A DNA stretch of 64,000 nt from Phoronis australis. Lineage: Eukaryota > Animalia > Phoronida. Where the stretch lies: assembly GCA_002633005.1 (NCBI GenBank), contig NMRA01000186.1:537479-601478 (forward strand), given 5' to 3'. Within the stretch, counting starts at the first letter, position 1. Each line of letters opens with the position of its first letter. Positions 23,380 through 36,863 of the stretch are shown here, one piece after another. The notes below the pieces were generated by a model that saw only the letters and a program-made list of their open reading frames with translations, was not told where the DNA came from and did not search any database. Both the position numbers and the translations under genes were made by a program.

Positions 23380-23723
23380 ATCCTATTCCACCACAAGAGG
23401 CGCACGTGAATATAGGATGACGAGTCCATTACTTTTATGGGGGCTCGTAGGCATGTCGTGAAAAAATTGAATTGTCAGAAAAGTTTATCTCTGTAAATAC
23501 GTGACCAAAATCAGATAAACAGAGTAAAACAGATAGGTTAAGGATCAAATGTGGTTAAATAAGTCAAACAATTCAATCTATCACAGAACTAAATGACCGC
23601 CATTTTCACCTCAAAATCGACCCAACTGGACTCTACGGGGAATTCCCTTTGGCGTTGCTTGGGTCAGTTACCGTAGTTTCCGGGTTCTATGTATATTAAT
23701 TTAGTGATACTACCAGCACGTTG
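23380..23723 (+). promoter_or_regulatory. Candidate plus-strand promoter and non-coding first exon
   Basis: CTCF-like CCACAAGAGGGCGC and CACGTG near 23390-23408, YY1-like CCGCCATTTT near 23597, pyrimidine tract TTCCCTTT, consensus donor TTG|GTAAGT at 23723/24; downstream DNA becomes T-rich on the plus strand. Confidence 0.45.
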
Positions 23724-24300
23724 GTAAGTAGTTTGTTTCTCAGGTCTGCTCAGTTGAATGCGTACGATTTGTTTTCAATCTATGAGGTCACGTGAACTTC
23801 CGTGTTTTGAAATTGGTCGTTCCAAGTTCTGATGAGAAATGGAACTAGTTGTGATAATGTGATATGCTGGAAGCCTGCCGTTACAGCAAAATTTCGTAAG
23901 TTACGCTACTTCTCTACGAATTAGACGATGATTTTATGATAGTGGACTGGGAAATGCAGGCCAAGCTGGACCGTTTAAGTAACAATTAGTTCAGTAGTTG
24001 ATCCACCAACGTAGGCTTGGGCCCTTGTGTGGTGATTGGTGGTGGTGCAAAGCTCTGCAGCTTTTAGTTACTAGACACCACATGCGTGGGTAGAAATGCC
24101 CACTAAGTGAAATAAAATGTGACACAAGTTTATGTCCGTAATTACACTGTTTCTTGAGTAAATTAAATCAGCCCTGTGCTAAAAAATCTGCCTTTCGACC
24201 ATTAATTGTGGAGTGCTTCTTTGGAGCTCATAGTAATTTCCACGCCACTGATGAAACTTCAAGCAACATCTGTTAATTGGTCAATTTCTTTTTTCGCCAA

Positions 24301-24394
24301 CTCTCCTATCAATAGTTCTTCTTCCACAAAGTTCTCCTATCAATAGTTCTTCTTTCACAAAGTTCTCCTATCAATAGTTCTTCTTCCACAAAGT
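24301..24394. repeat. 31-bp tandem repeat, 3 copies
   Basis: TTCTCCTATCAATAGTTCTTCTTCCACAAAG repeated. Confidence 0.9.
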
Positions 24395-24639
24395 TGCATA
24401 CGTGTCACAACAAAATTACTGGAATAGGCTTGACTTTGCTATAAGTTTTTAGTATATTATTATGTAGAATTTATGAAAAAAATTTGCGTCGAAGAAGCTG
24501 TCATCGCTCTCCTGAAAGAGGTCGCAAAAATAGCAAATGACAATTAAGCGTGTCACAAGCGAAATGTTTTCAAGTCGATGGCAGACTTTTCTTTGTTCAA
24601 GTATATTATCCTATTGAAATTTATGATATATAAGTCTTA

Positions 24640-24980
24640 GTTAAATGTTCATGAACATTCACAAACTGGTATGAACTTTCATGATCAGTTGACAGTAAAT
24701 TCATGGCAAGAGTTCATGAATTGTTCGAGAATTTTGTTCATGAATTGTTCACAAAATGTGGTCATGAACAGTTCATCACTTTTATCCAAAACTTTATGAA
24801 CTTCTTGGTTAAAATTCATGAACTCATGACTATTCTTGAACAAGTCCAAATTATTCATGAACTTTGATGATAGTTCATAAGACTGTTTCCAAAAGTTCCT
24901 GAACCATTAGCACATGAACTAACCCAGTTGTATGAACTCATTTATGGTTCATAAACCTGCCTGAATACTTCACGAGCTGT
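24640..24980. repeat. Degenerate array of TTCATGAA palindromes (probable transposon remnant)
   Basis: dense GTTCATGAAC/ATTCATGAAC variants. Confidence 0.6.
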
Positions 24981-27940
24981 TGCTGTTGAGTCGGTCATTT
25001 ATGTCACCATTTACCAGGGCATCCTTCAACTACAAACAGGCATTGACTGGTAAAAAAACATCAAGCAATGTCATCAAAGCTATTCAATTGCAAACTTATT
25101 AATCTGTTCTGTCACTAACTTTCCCTGTGAGTGACTTTCATCTGAAGGGATTTTGTCATGTGGTAGCGTGGGTTTGTGGATTTGTAGACTGTCAACTGGA
25201 ATTAAATTGAAGTGTAATTATTTTTCTCAGTGCTGCCTGAACCTGTGAGCCTGCACTGTAAATGTAGGGTAAAGTACTGATTTAAAAGGGTGTCACCTAC
25301 AGTTTTATCTCCAGGTTTATCTGTGTTTATTCTCAGGGACTGGCTAATCCCTTGTGGTGCTATTCTCTAGTTGTGTTTAAAAGAAGGCCTCTGACTATCT
25401 ATTCAAAAAGTAGCTGTGGCCAATTGTTCAGGTTAGAACATAGTATTGCTTAACAGTAGACTTTTATTTCCTCGGATTCTGTCAACCAGGATGAAGAAAT
25501 TTCACGTTGTTTATAGTCTGTACTAGCCTACATTATTGGGCCAATGCAGAAGACAGAACAAGGCCACTATTGGCCCATTACCTGCATGTTAACTTGGACC
25601 ATATGATGAAGTTTCTATAGTGCAATTGTTTTAAGGAGAAGCCAGGTACCTGTATTACGTACATTGAAATTAATTAATGCGGACTTTCCAATATAAGCTA
25701 GTCGTCTCCACATCCTGCCACCAAGATACAGTACGAACTTGAATGGGACTGATTTTTGCTTTTTGTCTGAAATAGCTTTGATATACCAGGGATGGTGAAG
25801 GTTGGTCTCTTTTAACAGAGTTGGGATCTGTTAGTGGAGTCCGTCTATGAAATTATTGTCTGGGTTTCCATTAATTGCTTTACGGTACTATATTTTAGTT
25901 CCTGGTCGAAAGTTGGTGAGCCACTAAACTGGTCCAGTGAATTGAACTTGGTTGTGGCATTCAAGGGCTTAGACTATTTTTCAATGATTTATGAATTTAT
26001 TCAGTCACAGGCGAGTGACATGCATCTACCATTAAAGCCTTTCAAACAAAAAAACTACAACTTTTTAAAAAAATGCAGCAAGTATTTTCATGTTTGACAT
26101 GGCTGAAATTTCTTGTACTTGTATTTAGTGCTTGGTTGGTGACAAAAGCTATTGATGGAATGAGCACTTGTTTGGAAAAATAAAACAATTTTATGATTCT
26201 AGCCGTATGAAAGCGTCGGGGAGTGATCACTGGGTGCTCAAAATTCGAGCGTGGGGGTATAGGGGAGGGGAGGAGGGGCTCTAAATTTGAGTTTGCACTA
26301 TTGTGAAAATGTCTACATAGCCTTGGCAACTCTGAACCTGGCTGTGTAGTTATATTCAATGGCATGTATTAATGGGCACTGTGTTTTCAGATGATGTCTG
26401 TAACCCATTCTAACCAAGACTGGGCAGCAGTTGCATCATACGGTATGGTGTGATCAGGCTAAAGAGACCTGCTGATGCAAGCATAGGCTTGTGGTTAGTG
26501 GGATGGTCAGACAATTTTTGAATGTGATCTTCCTCATGGAGATACCATGTTCTCTTAAGAATACTACGTGAGGTTTCTAGATAATAACCTTAATGAAGCA
26601 ATTCTCCAATATTGGCTGAATTATTGAAAGGCCTGGTCCAGGGTTGGTTCTTCCATATCAAAATCTAAACATTTGTCAACAGTATTTTAAACCCATCATG
26701 TCTTAGGACTGGCAAAACTCTGTCCTATCAAACATGGCTCATGGCAATGAGGTTAATTTTCAAGTGGCTATAAGTTTTCCTGGCTTGGCTTAGAACTTTT
26801 CAACCAATTGTTTGGATTTATGTACTAAGAACAGTGTGTGGTAAAAAATCGTCAAGTTAGGACAAAACTATACGCTTACAGAGGTCCCACATTTTGAGGA
26901 CCCGTTTCACTGAATAACAGGCATCAATCACTCAGGTCTCGGAAAAATGCGGTTTTTGCGGTACCCGTGTAAGTGACTATTTCCTCTGAATTTTAATTTC
27001 CACTTCTGTTGTGGAGAAGCTACCTGTAAATGCTAAATATTTTATCAATTGTTGCTTGTGACAGCTATAGTAGAATCTATATAGCTTAAAGAATGTAAAA
27101 TTTCCTGAAAACTTGTTTTGTAAAGAAAGTGGACAAAATGAAATTTCAGTCTGCCACATTGTGTACCCTACTAAAGATTTTTTACTGTTTACAAGTGTGG
27201 GGCAATGCATACCACCCTCATGGGGTTGTTGGATTTTGTTTACTGTGTGGTAAATCAGTAAATCATGGGGGTTATTCAGGACACACACAATGGGCCTTGT
27301 GACATACAAGGGTCAGTGAAAATATTTCTTTGTGAGTCTTGCTGTTAGCTCTATACAGTGAAATTGACCTGTGCAAAGTGCTGTCCACACACTGAATTAC
27401 CCTAGAACATGGTACTCCTGAAATGTCACTTAAGGTTTGATGGCTGTGTGGACGCTAAACATCTTTTTGTGACAACTTATTCCATTTAACTTGTGGCACT
27501 TCTAATCACTGTGTGGCAGCAATTAGTTGGGGTAAGGCTGCATTATTTACAGACAGGTCTTCTTTTTCATGCTACTGTCGCATCAACTGTTCGTTGTCGT
27601 GTACTGCGAGAGAACTTGCGCCTTGTGCTAGTTGTGGGACATATACATATGTGTGGATGCATTGATAGTGCTAGTTGTGGGACATATACATATGTGTGGA
27701 TGCAATATATAGTGCAAGTTATTCTAGGTTAAGTCTGTGGGCAATACTTTAGTAAACACATCTAACAAGGGTTAGTCCTGGCTGAGAAGGTAATTGTACA
27801 TTACGCTTTATGGGTTTTGAAGTAGCCTGCACTGCAAGTTAACACTTTTACAAATTGCTCACACTGTCATTAACTACTGGTATTTAAAAGTTTTAGAGTG
27901 AATTAGTGTCAGTGCACTGACACAGCTTCAACACGAGAGA

Positions 27941-28053
27941 CAGTAATGTCACTACAGTAATGTCACTACAGTAATGTCACTACAGTAATGTCACTACAGT
28001 AATGTCACTACAGTAATGTCACTACAGTAATGTCACTACAGTAATGTCACTAC
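27941..28053. repeat. 14-bp tandem repeat (CAGTAATGTCACTA), about 8 copies
   Basis: perfect tandem copies. Confidence 0.95.
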
Positions 28054-31000
28054 GTCAAGTGCTCCACTTTAGTCGCATGCATTTACAGGACATTAGATTG
28101 CAAATTGGATCAGCATGAGTCACACGATGACAGTCTGCTCGGGCTCGCGTAAACAATAGCGAATGTCCACGTGGAATTGCTGCTGTCATCACCTCAATAT
28201 ACGCATTGAAAGATCATCCCTAATTCTGCCCTGCCCCACTTGTGTGTTAAGACGTGTAGTTGAAATTGGAGCAACTGAACCAGTGCAACTCGCTTTGTCT
28301 AACAAACCGCTGTCAAAAACTAGCCGTCGCGGTGTCACTTGCTGGCCATTTCAGTCGTACACACACACTCAATACACGATCAGCTGTTCCATCTTAGCTG
28401 CGCTATGTCAGTTGTGTGAATGTGGCTACACACACATGTACCCTAGAACAAGTTATGCCTGCAACGAGTTGTCGCTAGGTTTGAGTGTTTTCCCGACAGT
28501 ATTTAAACTAGTGCAACTCACCCCACTTGTGGTATCTTACTCCACATTATCCTGGTAGGGTAATTTATGTTCTAGGGTAACTTGTGCCACTTGTAATTGG
28601 CTGTGTGGGTGCAAAAGTAGGTTAGGATGGAAGTAATTATCAGGTGCAGTTACCTTTCCAGGTTTTCTTTTGTGTGCCCTTGCATTAGGTGTTTAATTGT
28701 CACGCCCTGAGTGATCGGATAAGTGTGTGTGGAGGCTCCAATAAAAAGTGGGATAGGTTGCATTAGTAATGTTTTAGGGTAGTCTGTGTGTGGAGGGGAT
28801 TTACGACATATCTGTTCAAAGTGATTTTTTCACCAATGATATGATTTTATTAATTAGAATTCTGTATCTGGACTGCAAATAGCATGATTTATTTTGACAA
28901 AACCTATCAGTCCTTGACATGTGAGTTTCTTCTTGATGGGAGTGAAGTGTAATGTCTCTATCTTAAAACCATGTGTACCAGGGTTGGGCTATCAGTAGCA
29001 TTAATGGGAGTTACCATACTTCTTCGTCTTGATGCTCATGTTTGACAGAATATCCAATCTCAATTAATTACAATCCGGACTTGGTGTCGATGTCTTTGTG
29101 AACACTGGTATTGTGTGAATTTAAGTCCTCAAAGTGCCCAAACTGGCTTGACTGTAAGTAACAAAATTTCAACGGAACTTTGCTGCATCAGTGTATTATG
29201 ATGTTTAATTCCAGTCATTGGCTGTTTGGATAATTGCCCATTGCCGACTTTAAAAAGATTTTGTTTTTTAAATTACGTGCTGGACTTAATCAGACTGTCA
29301 TTCTGATTTCAGAATTTCAAATCTAATCATTCTAGATGATAACTCCAATGAGTGCTGTAGATAGGTATCTTCATTTTCTTTAGAAAGTAAGGGACATATT
29401 TGGCAAAAATAGAGGTTTTCTTGAAGCGTTTACGTACAGGATGTATGTACCCTAAAAATTTCAAATTTGGCAAACTTTGAAACGTTAATTCTCAGAAATG
29501 GCTGATCAGATCATCATTTGAAACTTTCAGGCACATTTGTTTTATCCTGAGTGTTGTCTAAAACTTGTTTTTAAAACTTTCTATTGCATGAAAATAGGAC
29601 TGCAGTGAGTTTTATGTTGTATAAACCGAAAATGATTTACGGTATTTTAAAAACTGAACAGCATTTTGGAGTTTTCATCTTGAAAATTTATATCCTGTTA
29701 TTGAAACCATTGTTTTGCTATGAAAAATAACATAGAGAATAAATCCAAAACTAAAAGAGGTGATCCAGACCCTCTAAAGGATGCACTTGTTTGTCGAAAA
29801 AGTAGAATAAATATACGTATATAAAACAACAACAAGTAAAAATGGATCGGTGAAATTTTCGGATATAATAACATCCTTCGTCAACAGAAACACTAAGTAA
29901 AATCAAACACTATGTGACAACTGACATCTGATATATGGTGTAATGAGCATGATACATTGTTGCGGAAAAAGTAAAGGGTATAATTCAAGAAGTCTTTATG
30001 TTCAATCCATTAGGTTCAAATGTGTTGAGTTTATTTATCCAAAATTGTTCTCTTTTGAGTCTGTGAGGGATACTGGGGTATTGGAGTTTCTCTATTATTT
30101 GTATAGAAAGATCTTGTAGATTATGTTTTTTGGAATTGAAAGGATTACGTATAGTATCAGAAATCTTTATGTGTTGTGTTAAATCTATGATTGCGAAACC
30201 GAGTTTAAAGATTATGTTGAGTTTGTCCTACATATTGAATGGAACATTTTCTACATGTTATTAGGTAAATGATATTGTTGGTAGTGCAGTCAGATGCTAT
30301 GAATGAACGTTTCTTTTTTCCTAAATTTCACGTCTAAAAATACATGGTCACGTGATCCAATTATTATTACTGACTTGTATAATTCCAAAGGCTATTTTTG
30401 ATAGATTTAATTTCTTGTAGAAATCTGGCCAAATCTTCAGACTTGTTAATAAAATCCTACTTTACCTTACCTTCCAGACATTTTTAAGCGTTGTAAATGC
30501 AAAATAGAAATATTTGTAAGCAAGACTTTCTCATTTGGACATTTGGATATATTTGATGAAATTTTCTGAGGTTCTTAGAATTTGACATTGAACTGTCCAG
30601 AGTTTCTAAACTTCTAGAAACTTCCATCCTAAATAAAACTGATTTATTGTTACTGTAGAATTTCTATTTCAGTTGATGAAAATGTACAGGGAAGAAGTGG
30701 TTTATTCATCTCGGTGAATTGCTCTGTGTCAGCTCTTATTCCCATCTCAGCTTTGATTGGTCACAATTTGCATGTGTGATGAAGGTGACCTGCTGCTTAT
30801 TCCCAGGGCTCCCTAATCTGAACCAGGAAGTAATATTGCCGCTTTGTGTGACAAACTGATAAGGTAGTGTCACCAGTCACATTCCATTTACAAGTGGACA
30901 TTGTGTACTGCCAGTGGACATTGTGTACTGCCAGTGGAACTTGCAGTGTCCCTCCTAACGCAGGGGCGGATCCAGGATTTTGAGTTTGGGGGGGGGNACT

Positions 31001-33872
31001 GGATTTAGCATAACAACGGACATTAATCATCCTCCAGACAGTGCTGATTTCCAGCTGCACAAACTGCTGCTGTATACTATGATTCACTCGGATGGGGGGG
31101 AGGAGGGATTGTGGCATTTGTTAAAATCCATGGTGACAATGTACATGTGACTAAGAAAATCTGTGCCCAAGACATCCAGAATTAAAAACTTAGTACATTA
31201 CTGTTGCAGTCAACTCCATCATTCTAGGCTTCGCTATCCCTTTATTCACAGGGGCAATAAAATAATTATCTTCCCCAGCACCCTGTATTAAGCTGTGTTT
31301 TAGTTACACAGTCCAACTCGTTGACAGAGCTCCTAATTTGTGAAAATTTGGGCTCAAAGAAATCCTTATTGATTCGCATACTTATGCCCCCAACTCCAAA
31401 CAGTCTTTCTCAAAACATGATAACAGACTCAAGAAATATGACTTCTGGTCCCAGCATGGTGCATAGACTCTGTGTCTGCGATACCTTATTGGGTGGTAGA
31501 CTGTGATGAGTCCCCTGTGTTTGCGGTCAGGGAGCAGATTTTTGGATGAGTGAGCTGTGTGTTGTGTGATTGTCACTGCTTTGTGATCAGCAAGCTGTGT
31601 TTCTCTTTGCGGTGGCCATATCTTTGGACTCCCTCAGGTACCTGTACGAAATGATACTTAGATAAAGCATTATGAACCAACCAAGTTCTCAGCACATTCA
31701 TACCTGAATTACTTCTAGCCTAATTTGTGGATTTTCACGTAGAACCAAGTGTCATTCGCTAATCGCCACAAAAGGGTTTGAAGTTTGCATAAAAGGACAC
31801 ATACCCTAAAATTCAAATCACGTAGCACGTCATCTTAGTGGTAAACTTGTAAATTTTATCTCACAGAAATTTTTATTCCCATGCCGCTGTACCCAACCCT
31901 CATTCGTTTTGTACAAGTGCTTGACCTTTGCCTCAACACTTGGATCCTGGCCTGATGTTATCTGCTGTTTCACAGCTATTCATTCACAACATGTCAACTC
32001 GCTTTTTTCCTCATGCTTATCATTGAGGATTTCTGTTAAGAAGGAAGAAGGTGAACAGATATTTGTATTGGGGGGTTTTTGAGTTGCAGCGTGACAACTG
32101 ATCACACGGGATGGTATACCTGGTGAGTGGCCTCTAGATTACAAGAAGGCAATTTCATTTTTGTTTAATATGCCGCTCGTGTCTAATCACATTAACTGTA
32201 AAAGGTCTTTTCAGAAAGCTGAGAACATTCGCTATGCCACCTGTTGTGAAGAAGAATTAGTACTTCCTGGTGGAGCCAGGGGGCGATGAGAGTGTGGTCT
32301 CACATGATCATACACCATTGTTTCTTGAAAGTTTCTGTTGCTAAATTATGTTTTAGTTTCCTAATCAAAATGGTGGAGGGGGTTCGAAATTACAGACTTT
32401 ATTTAGACTTGTGACGTGCTGGAGCTCCTGAATTTCACCTCAACAGCAAAATTAAACCACTAAAGTTTTTCCAGGAAATTCTCGACAATTTGGTGACAAA
32501 TGAATGACCTTGCAAATGCTTTCATTCGAAAGATGTTGTTGCCACCTTTAGGACAATTTAGACCTGCCAGTAAGAATCACTATTTTCCATTTTTAACAGA
32601 TTCTATTATTACTGTGAAGGCCCACAGTTTTCAAATTAATGCCTCAGATGGCAGGTACGATACACACATTTACTTCTCTACAACTCATTGCAAGTATGAG
32701 AGAATATCATTTCTCCATTATTGCGTCCTACATTTGGTATGATTTCTTAGCACTCTTCACCAAAATACTGGTGGTGTTTTGAGGAAGGGTGCAGTGATGT
32801 GGACTCTGGGGGTACTTCCGCAGAAGATGTATACGGGACGAGGAGGCGTTAGGAAGGTGACTAATATCCCCAGTTTGATCTAAGAAGGGTGTGACCCTTT
32901 CCAACAAAATTTCCTAAGACAGGATACCTTTTTTGACACAATTCCAAAAAATAGTTGGGCATAACGTGCCCATATTTTGAGAACCAGCTTTCTGCAGTGA
33001 ATAATGGGCAAAGTTGTCAAAATTGGGGAACCAATGCTCTAGCAGACCATTGCCCAATTCTCTGCAAAGTAGTCCCTTGGATAGTCCAAAAACTTTATAA
33101 AAGTTCTTTTTTCCTGATACACAGGAAGGATTTACAATATTACCTGGATTTGAAAAGAAATTGCAAATTATTTACTCATTTTTGTCAACATGGCAGCTCT
33201 TCGTTTGCTGTTGATGGCTCAATGAGTTGAAATTAACCCCTACGAAATATGGTGCTTCTGGAACTAAAGGCCGGGTGCAAAAGTGTATGCGATCCCTAGA
33301 AACAGGTCCCTTTTGAGTCTTATGAGTTGCAGCTGCACAACCCAGAAGTGCTTTCTCTTGATCAGTGCACATTGATGCAGCTGCCAAGATTGTCATCTTG
33401 TTATGCTTTGTTCTGTTGTAATATTCAGGGAAGGAAAAGAGCCCCTCTTGAATTCAGTTCTGGTCATGCACAATAGGATGTTATTAACCAAGTAAAGAAT
33501 GAGGAATTGTGGTTTTATACCCTCTACCATAGCACAATAATTGCTCATGCAGTGTGATATCTAGTACATGTATATACCACAAATTGGAACAGTGATGGCT
33601 TGAGGTAAGTCATGGGTAAAAATTTATGCAAAACTTCTAATGGATAAACTTGAATCAGTGCCATAGATCTGCCTTCATTCGATTTAGACTACTGGATATG
33701 ACTTTCCACAGAAACTTATAGTCTCCTTTCTTCTGGGCCTGGGAATTAAGAACTGTCTGTAAAACTACTGAGGCCTATGGTCTGGGCCCAAAATGACTAG
33801 AGTCAGGTCAGTTCTAGCTTAAAATTTCAGTAGACTGACAGGACTACTGCTACTACACTAATGTCAATATTA

Positions 33873-34305
33873 AGCTGCATTTACACTGGAAACAGCTGTC
33901 ACGTAGCAACTAACACAGAACAGCTGATCTAGGCGCAAGTGTGTGAAAACAAAATGACTGACACCATCAAGTTGACACTGCGAAGGCCATTTTTGACACC
34001 GGTTTGAGAGGTAAAGCAAGTTGCACTTGATCAGTTGCCCCAGTTTCACTAGGCATCTAAACACAACTGCGATGCAGTGGAAAGGGATCATCTTTAATGC
34101 GCTTGCACAATATAGTTCATGGGTGATCCACTGGGATTCCACGTGTTTTGGACCTTGGCTATTGTTTATGCTAGCATGCCTGCAGGCAGTCGTAATCATG
34201 CTGATCCAGTTTGCGATCGTCATGTAATCAATCGCAACCGAAGTGGAGCCAGTTGCGCTGTGACAACTCTCACTGCGACAACTGCTCCCTGTGTAAAAAA
34301 CAGCT
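33873..34305. mobile_element. PIF/Harbinger-like MITE
   Basis: TTA|AGCTGCATTTACAC ... GTGTAAAAAACAGCT|TGA; terminus style and 3-bp TWA-like flank. Confidence 0.55.
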
Positions 34306-34984
34306 TGAAAATCATAACTGCAGGTGGACCTTTTTGGTTTTAAAGACCATTTCTTAACTGATTCTTATGTTTGTATAAAGGCATCAGTGTCTTGATAACT
34401 AAGTCTGTATTTTGATGTTTACCAGCAACAACCACATAGGGGCTAGATCTTATCAATGTTGCAGTTTGCACACCACCATTTGCAAGTCATAATTTGGGTA
34501 AGGCCCTGTGGTCCATGCACCAACGTTCCTGTAAAGATCCTTAGAATTCCTTACTGTTGCGATTGTGCTGTAGAACCCCCTCCCCCCGAGTTTGTAGGCA
34601 ATGGACTGTTTTGTTGCACTCAATTTAACACCACCCTTGATTTTTAGTTCCTCAATTCAGCCCTCTTTGCCTAAGGTGACTGTTAGTAGTTTATGTCAGA
34701 TATACCAGTATATACTGAGTGCTATACCAGCATGCACTGTGGCTTCATTAATTGGTCCATTTGTGTCAGCCTTGTTTCCTTGTCAATGACTTGTCAATGG
34801 CCAAGCCACTTGAGATTATGAGACTGAAATGGTAAACAGGTCGTTTTTCTTTCCTTACATTCCAAGTATTGAACTTCCTGGTGAGAAAACATTAATATGC
34901 AGATTATTTTAATTTAAGCCACTGCTGCTCTGTGAAAAGTAGCACATATGCTACAATTTCGGCGCATGGGTCTTGCTGTTCTCC

Positions 34985-36630
34985 CTTTTTATGTGCCCAC
35001 ATATTTTGTGGTCGCATATTGCCGTCATCTTTGTCTGTCCGGGCATCCGGCGTCCGCTGCTGTATCTCCTAAACCCCTCACAGGATCTTGTTGATGAGAT
35101 TTGTCTGATGTGTTCCTATGAAACTGACAACGGACGATGACGAATTTCAGACCTCTCCGACTACCGGTGTGCCCCCTAATGGCAATTTTATTTTTTTTTA
35201 CGCTTATCTCTATCTTCGGATGCCCTCAACGGATTTTCATAAAATTTGGAAGTTCGGCATCTATTAGTAAGATAATGCCTTCCTCCCATTATCGGATGGA
35301 TTCAAGGTACTTTGCGCCACCTAGTGGCCATTTTTACTGTTTTCGAGTCTGGTTTTTGGCATCCGCCGTTCTATCAACCAAACCGCTCTAGGAATGATTT
35401 TGAAAGTTGGCATATATGTTCTTGCTGTGAAGAGGGCGACTGACGATGATTTTCCGACAACTTCGACAACTGTGGCGCCTCCTAGTGGCATTTTTGTATG
35501 TTTTTGCGCCCATGGCTGTATCTCCTAAACCTGTCTCAGGAACTTAATGGGATTTGGCAGATGTGTTCCTATGAAGGTGACAACAGATGGCAACGAATTT
35601 TGGACCTCTCGGACTACTGGTGTGCCCCCTAGTGGTAATTTTAATTTTTTTATGCTTTGTAGATTTGTAGGTCAACGGATTTTCATAAAATTTAGCAGTT
35701 AGACATCTATTAGTGAGATAATGCCATCCTTCTATTTTCAGATGGATTCTTAGTACTTTGTGCCACCAGTGGCCATTTTTACTGTTTTCGAGTTTTTTGG
35801 CGTCCGCCGTTCTATCAACCAAACCGCTTTAGGTATGATTTTGAAAGTTGGCATACATATGTTCTTACTGTGAAGAGGGTGGCTGACGATGATATTCCAA
35901 TGATTTGGAATACTATGGCACCTAGTGGCAGTTTTGTTTGTTTTTGCGCCCATGGCTGTATCTCCTAAATGCTCTACAGTATCTGTATTAAATTTTGCTG
36001 GTGTATTTATATGAAGTTGACTACTGAGGATGACGACTTTCGGATGGATCGGGCTACCAGTGTGCCCCCTAGTGGCAATTTTAGTTATTTTTGTTTACCT
36101 CTGTATCTTAAAGGATCGTCAATGGATTTTCATAAAATTTGGCAGTTAGGCATCTATTAGTGAGGTGACGCAATCATCCCATTTTCAGTAAAATTCGAGG
36201 CATTTTGCCCTACCTTGTGGCCATTTTTACTGTTTTCTAGTCTTGTTATTTAACGTCTGCCTTTCTGTCAATCAAACCACTCTAAGGATGGTTGTGGCAT
36301 TTATGTTGTTTCCTAATGGGAAGAGAAAGTCTGACGATGATTTTCCGATGACTTTATCTACTTTGGTGCCTCTTTTTGGCAGTTATGTTTTTTTGCCTCT
36401 TAAGTAGCAATTTCATTTTTTCATTTTCCTCTTGTTTTCTCAGAAGTTCCTTGACAGATTTTTATGAAATTTGTTAAATAGCTTTGATGATACATACAAG
36501 TTCTCAGATGGACTCAACATATTTTGTGCCATCCGGCTGCAAATTTTTATGTTCCAAATAAACACCCCTGGAAGCACAACGTTAGCGGTGCATTCGTGGG
36601 CTTATTTCAACGCTCTGCGTTGCTCTTGTT
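34985..36630 (+). mobile_element. Helentron/DINE-1-like (HINE) element with internal ~150-bp tandem array
   Basis: T-run, 5' subTIR ATGTGCCCAC with local inverted copy GTGGTCGCAT, GTCC-type microsatellite, about 10 core repeats, 3' subTIR GTGGGCTTAT, terminal hairpin CAACGC-TCT-GCGTTG, then TT. Confidence 0.8.
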
Positions 36631-36794
36631 TCAGAAAATGCCGTTCTTTTTAAACTGCTGTATTTTCAAACTACTTTTAGAATATTTGTGAAATTATACT
36701 GTTTTATACCACAATATTGGCGTCAAATGACAGATACAACCGTGTAATAACCCATAAAGTTATCTCACTAGTGAGATAACGATTTGGCGGGAAA

Positions 36795-36863
36795 CCGAGG
36801 ACGGAGTCGAACCCGGAACCTCGAGTTTGCTGGTCGCCGACCTTAACCACTACACCACGCAGC
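36795..36863 (-). other. tRNA-derived (Pol III A/B box) sequence, SINE head or tRNA pseudogene
   Basis: minus strand GCTGCG-TGGTGTAGTGG(A box)-TTAAGG...GGTTCGACTCC(B box); acceptor stem does not pair well. Confidence 0.7.

Noticed and set aside
27590-27612. miR-981-like seed TTCGTTGTCG
   Set aside because: Only the first ~10 nt match and no hairpin is evident
36795-36863. Functional tRNA gene
   Set aside because: A and B boxes are present, but the acceptor and anticodon stems do not pair properly and no T-run terminator follows
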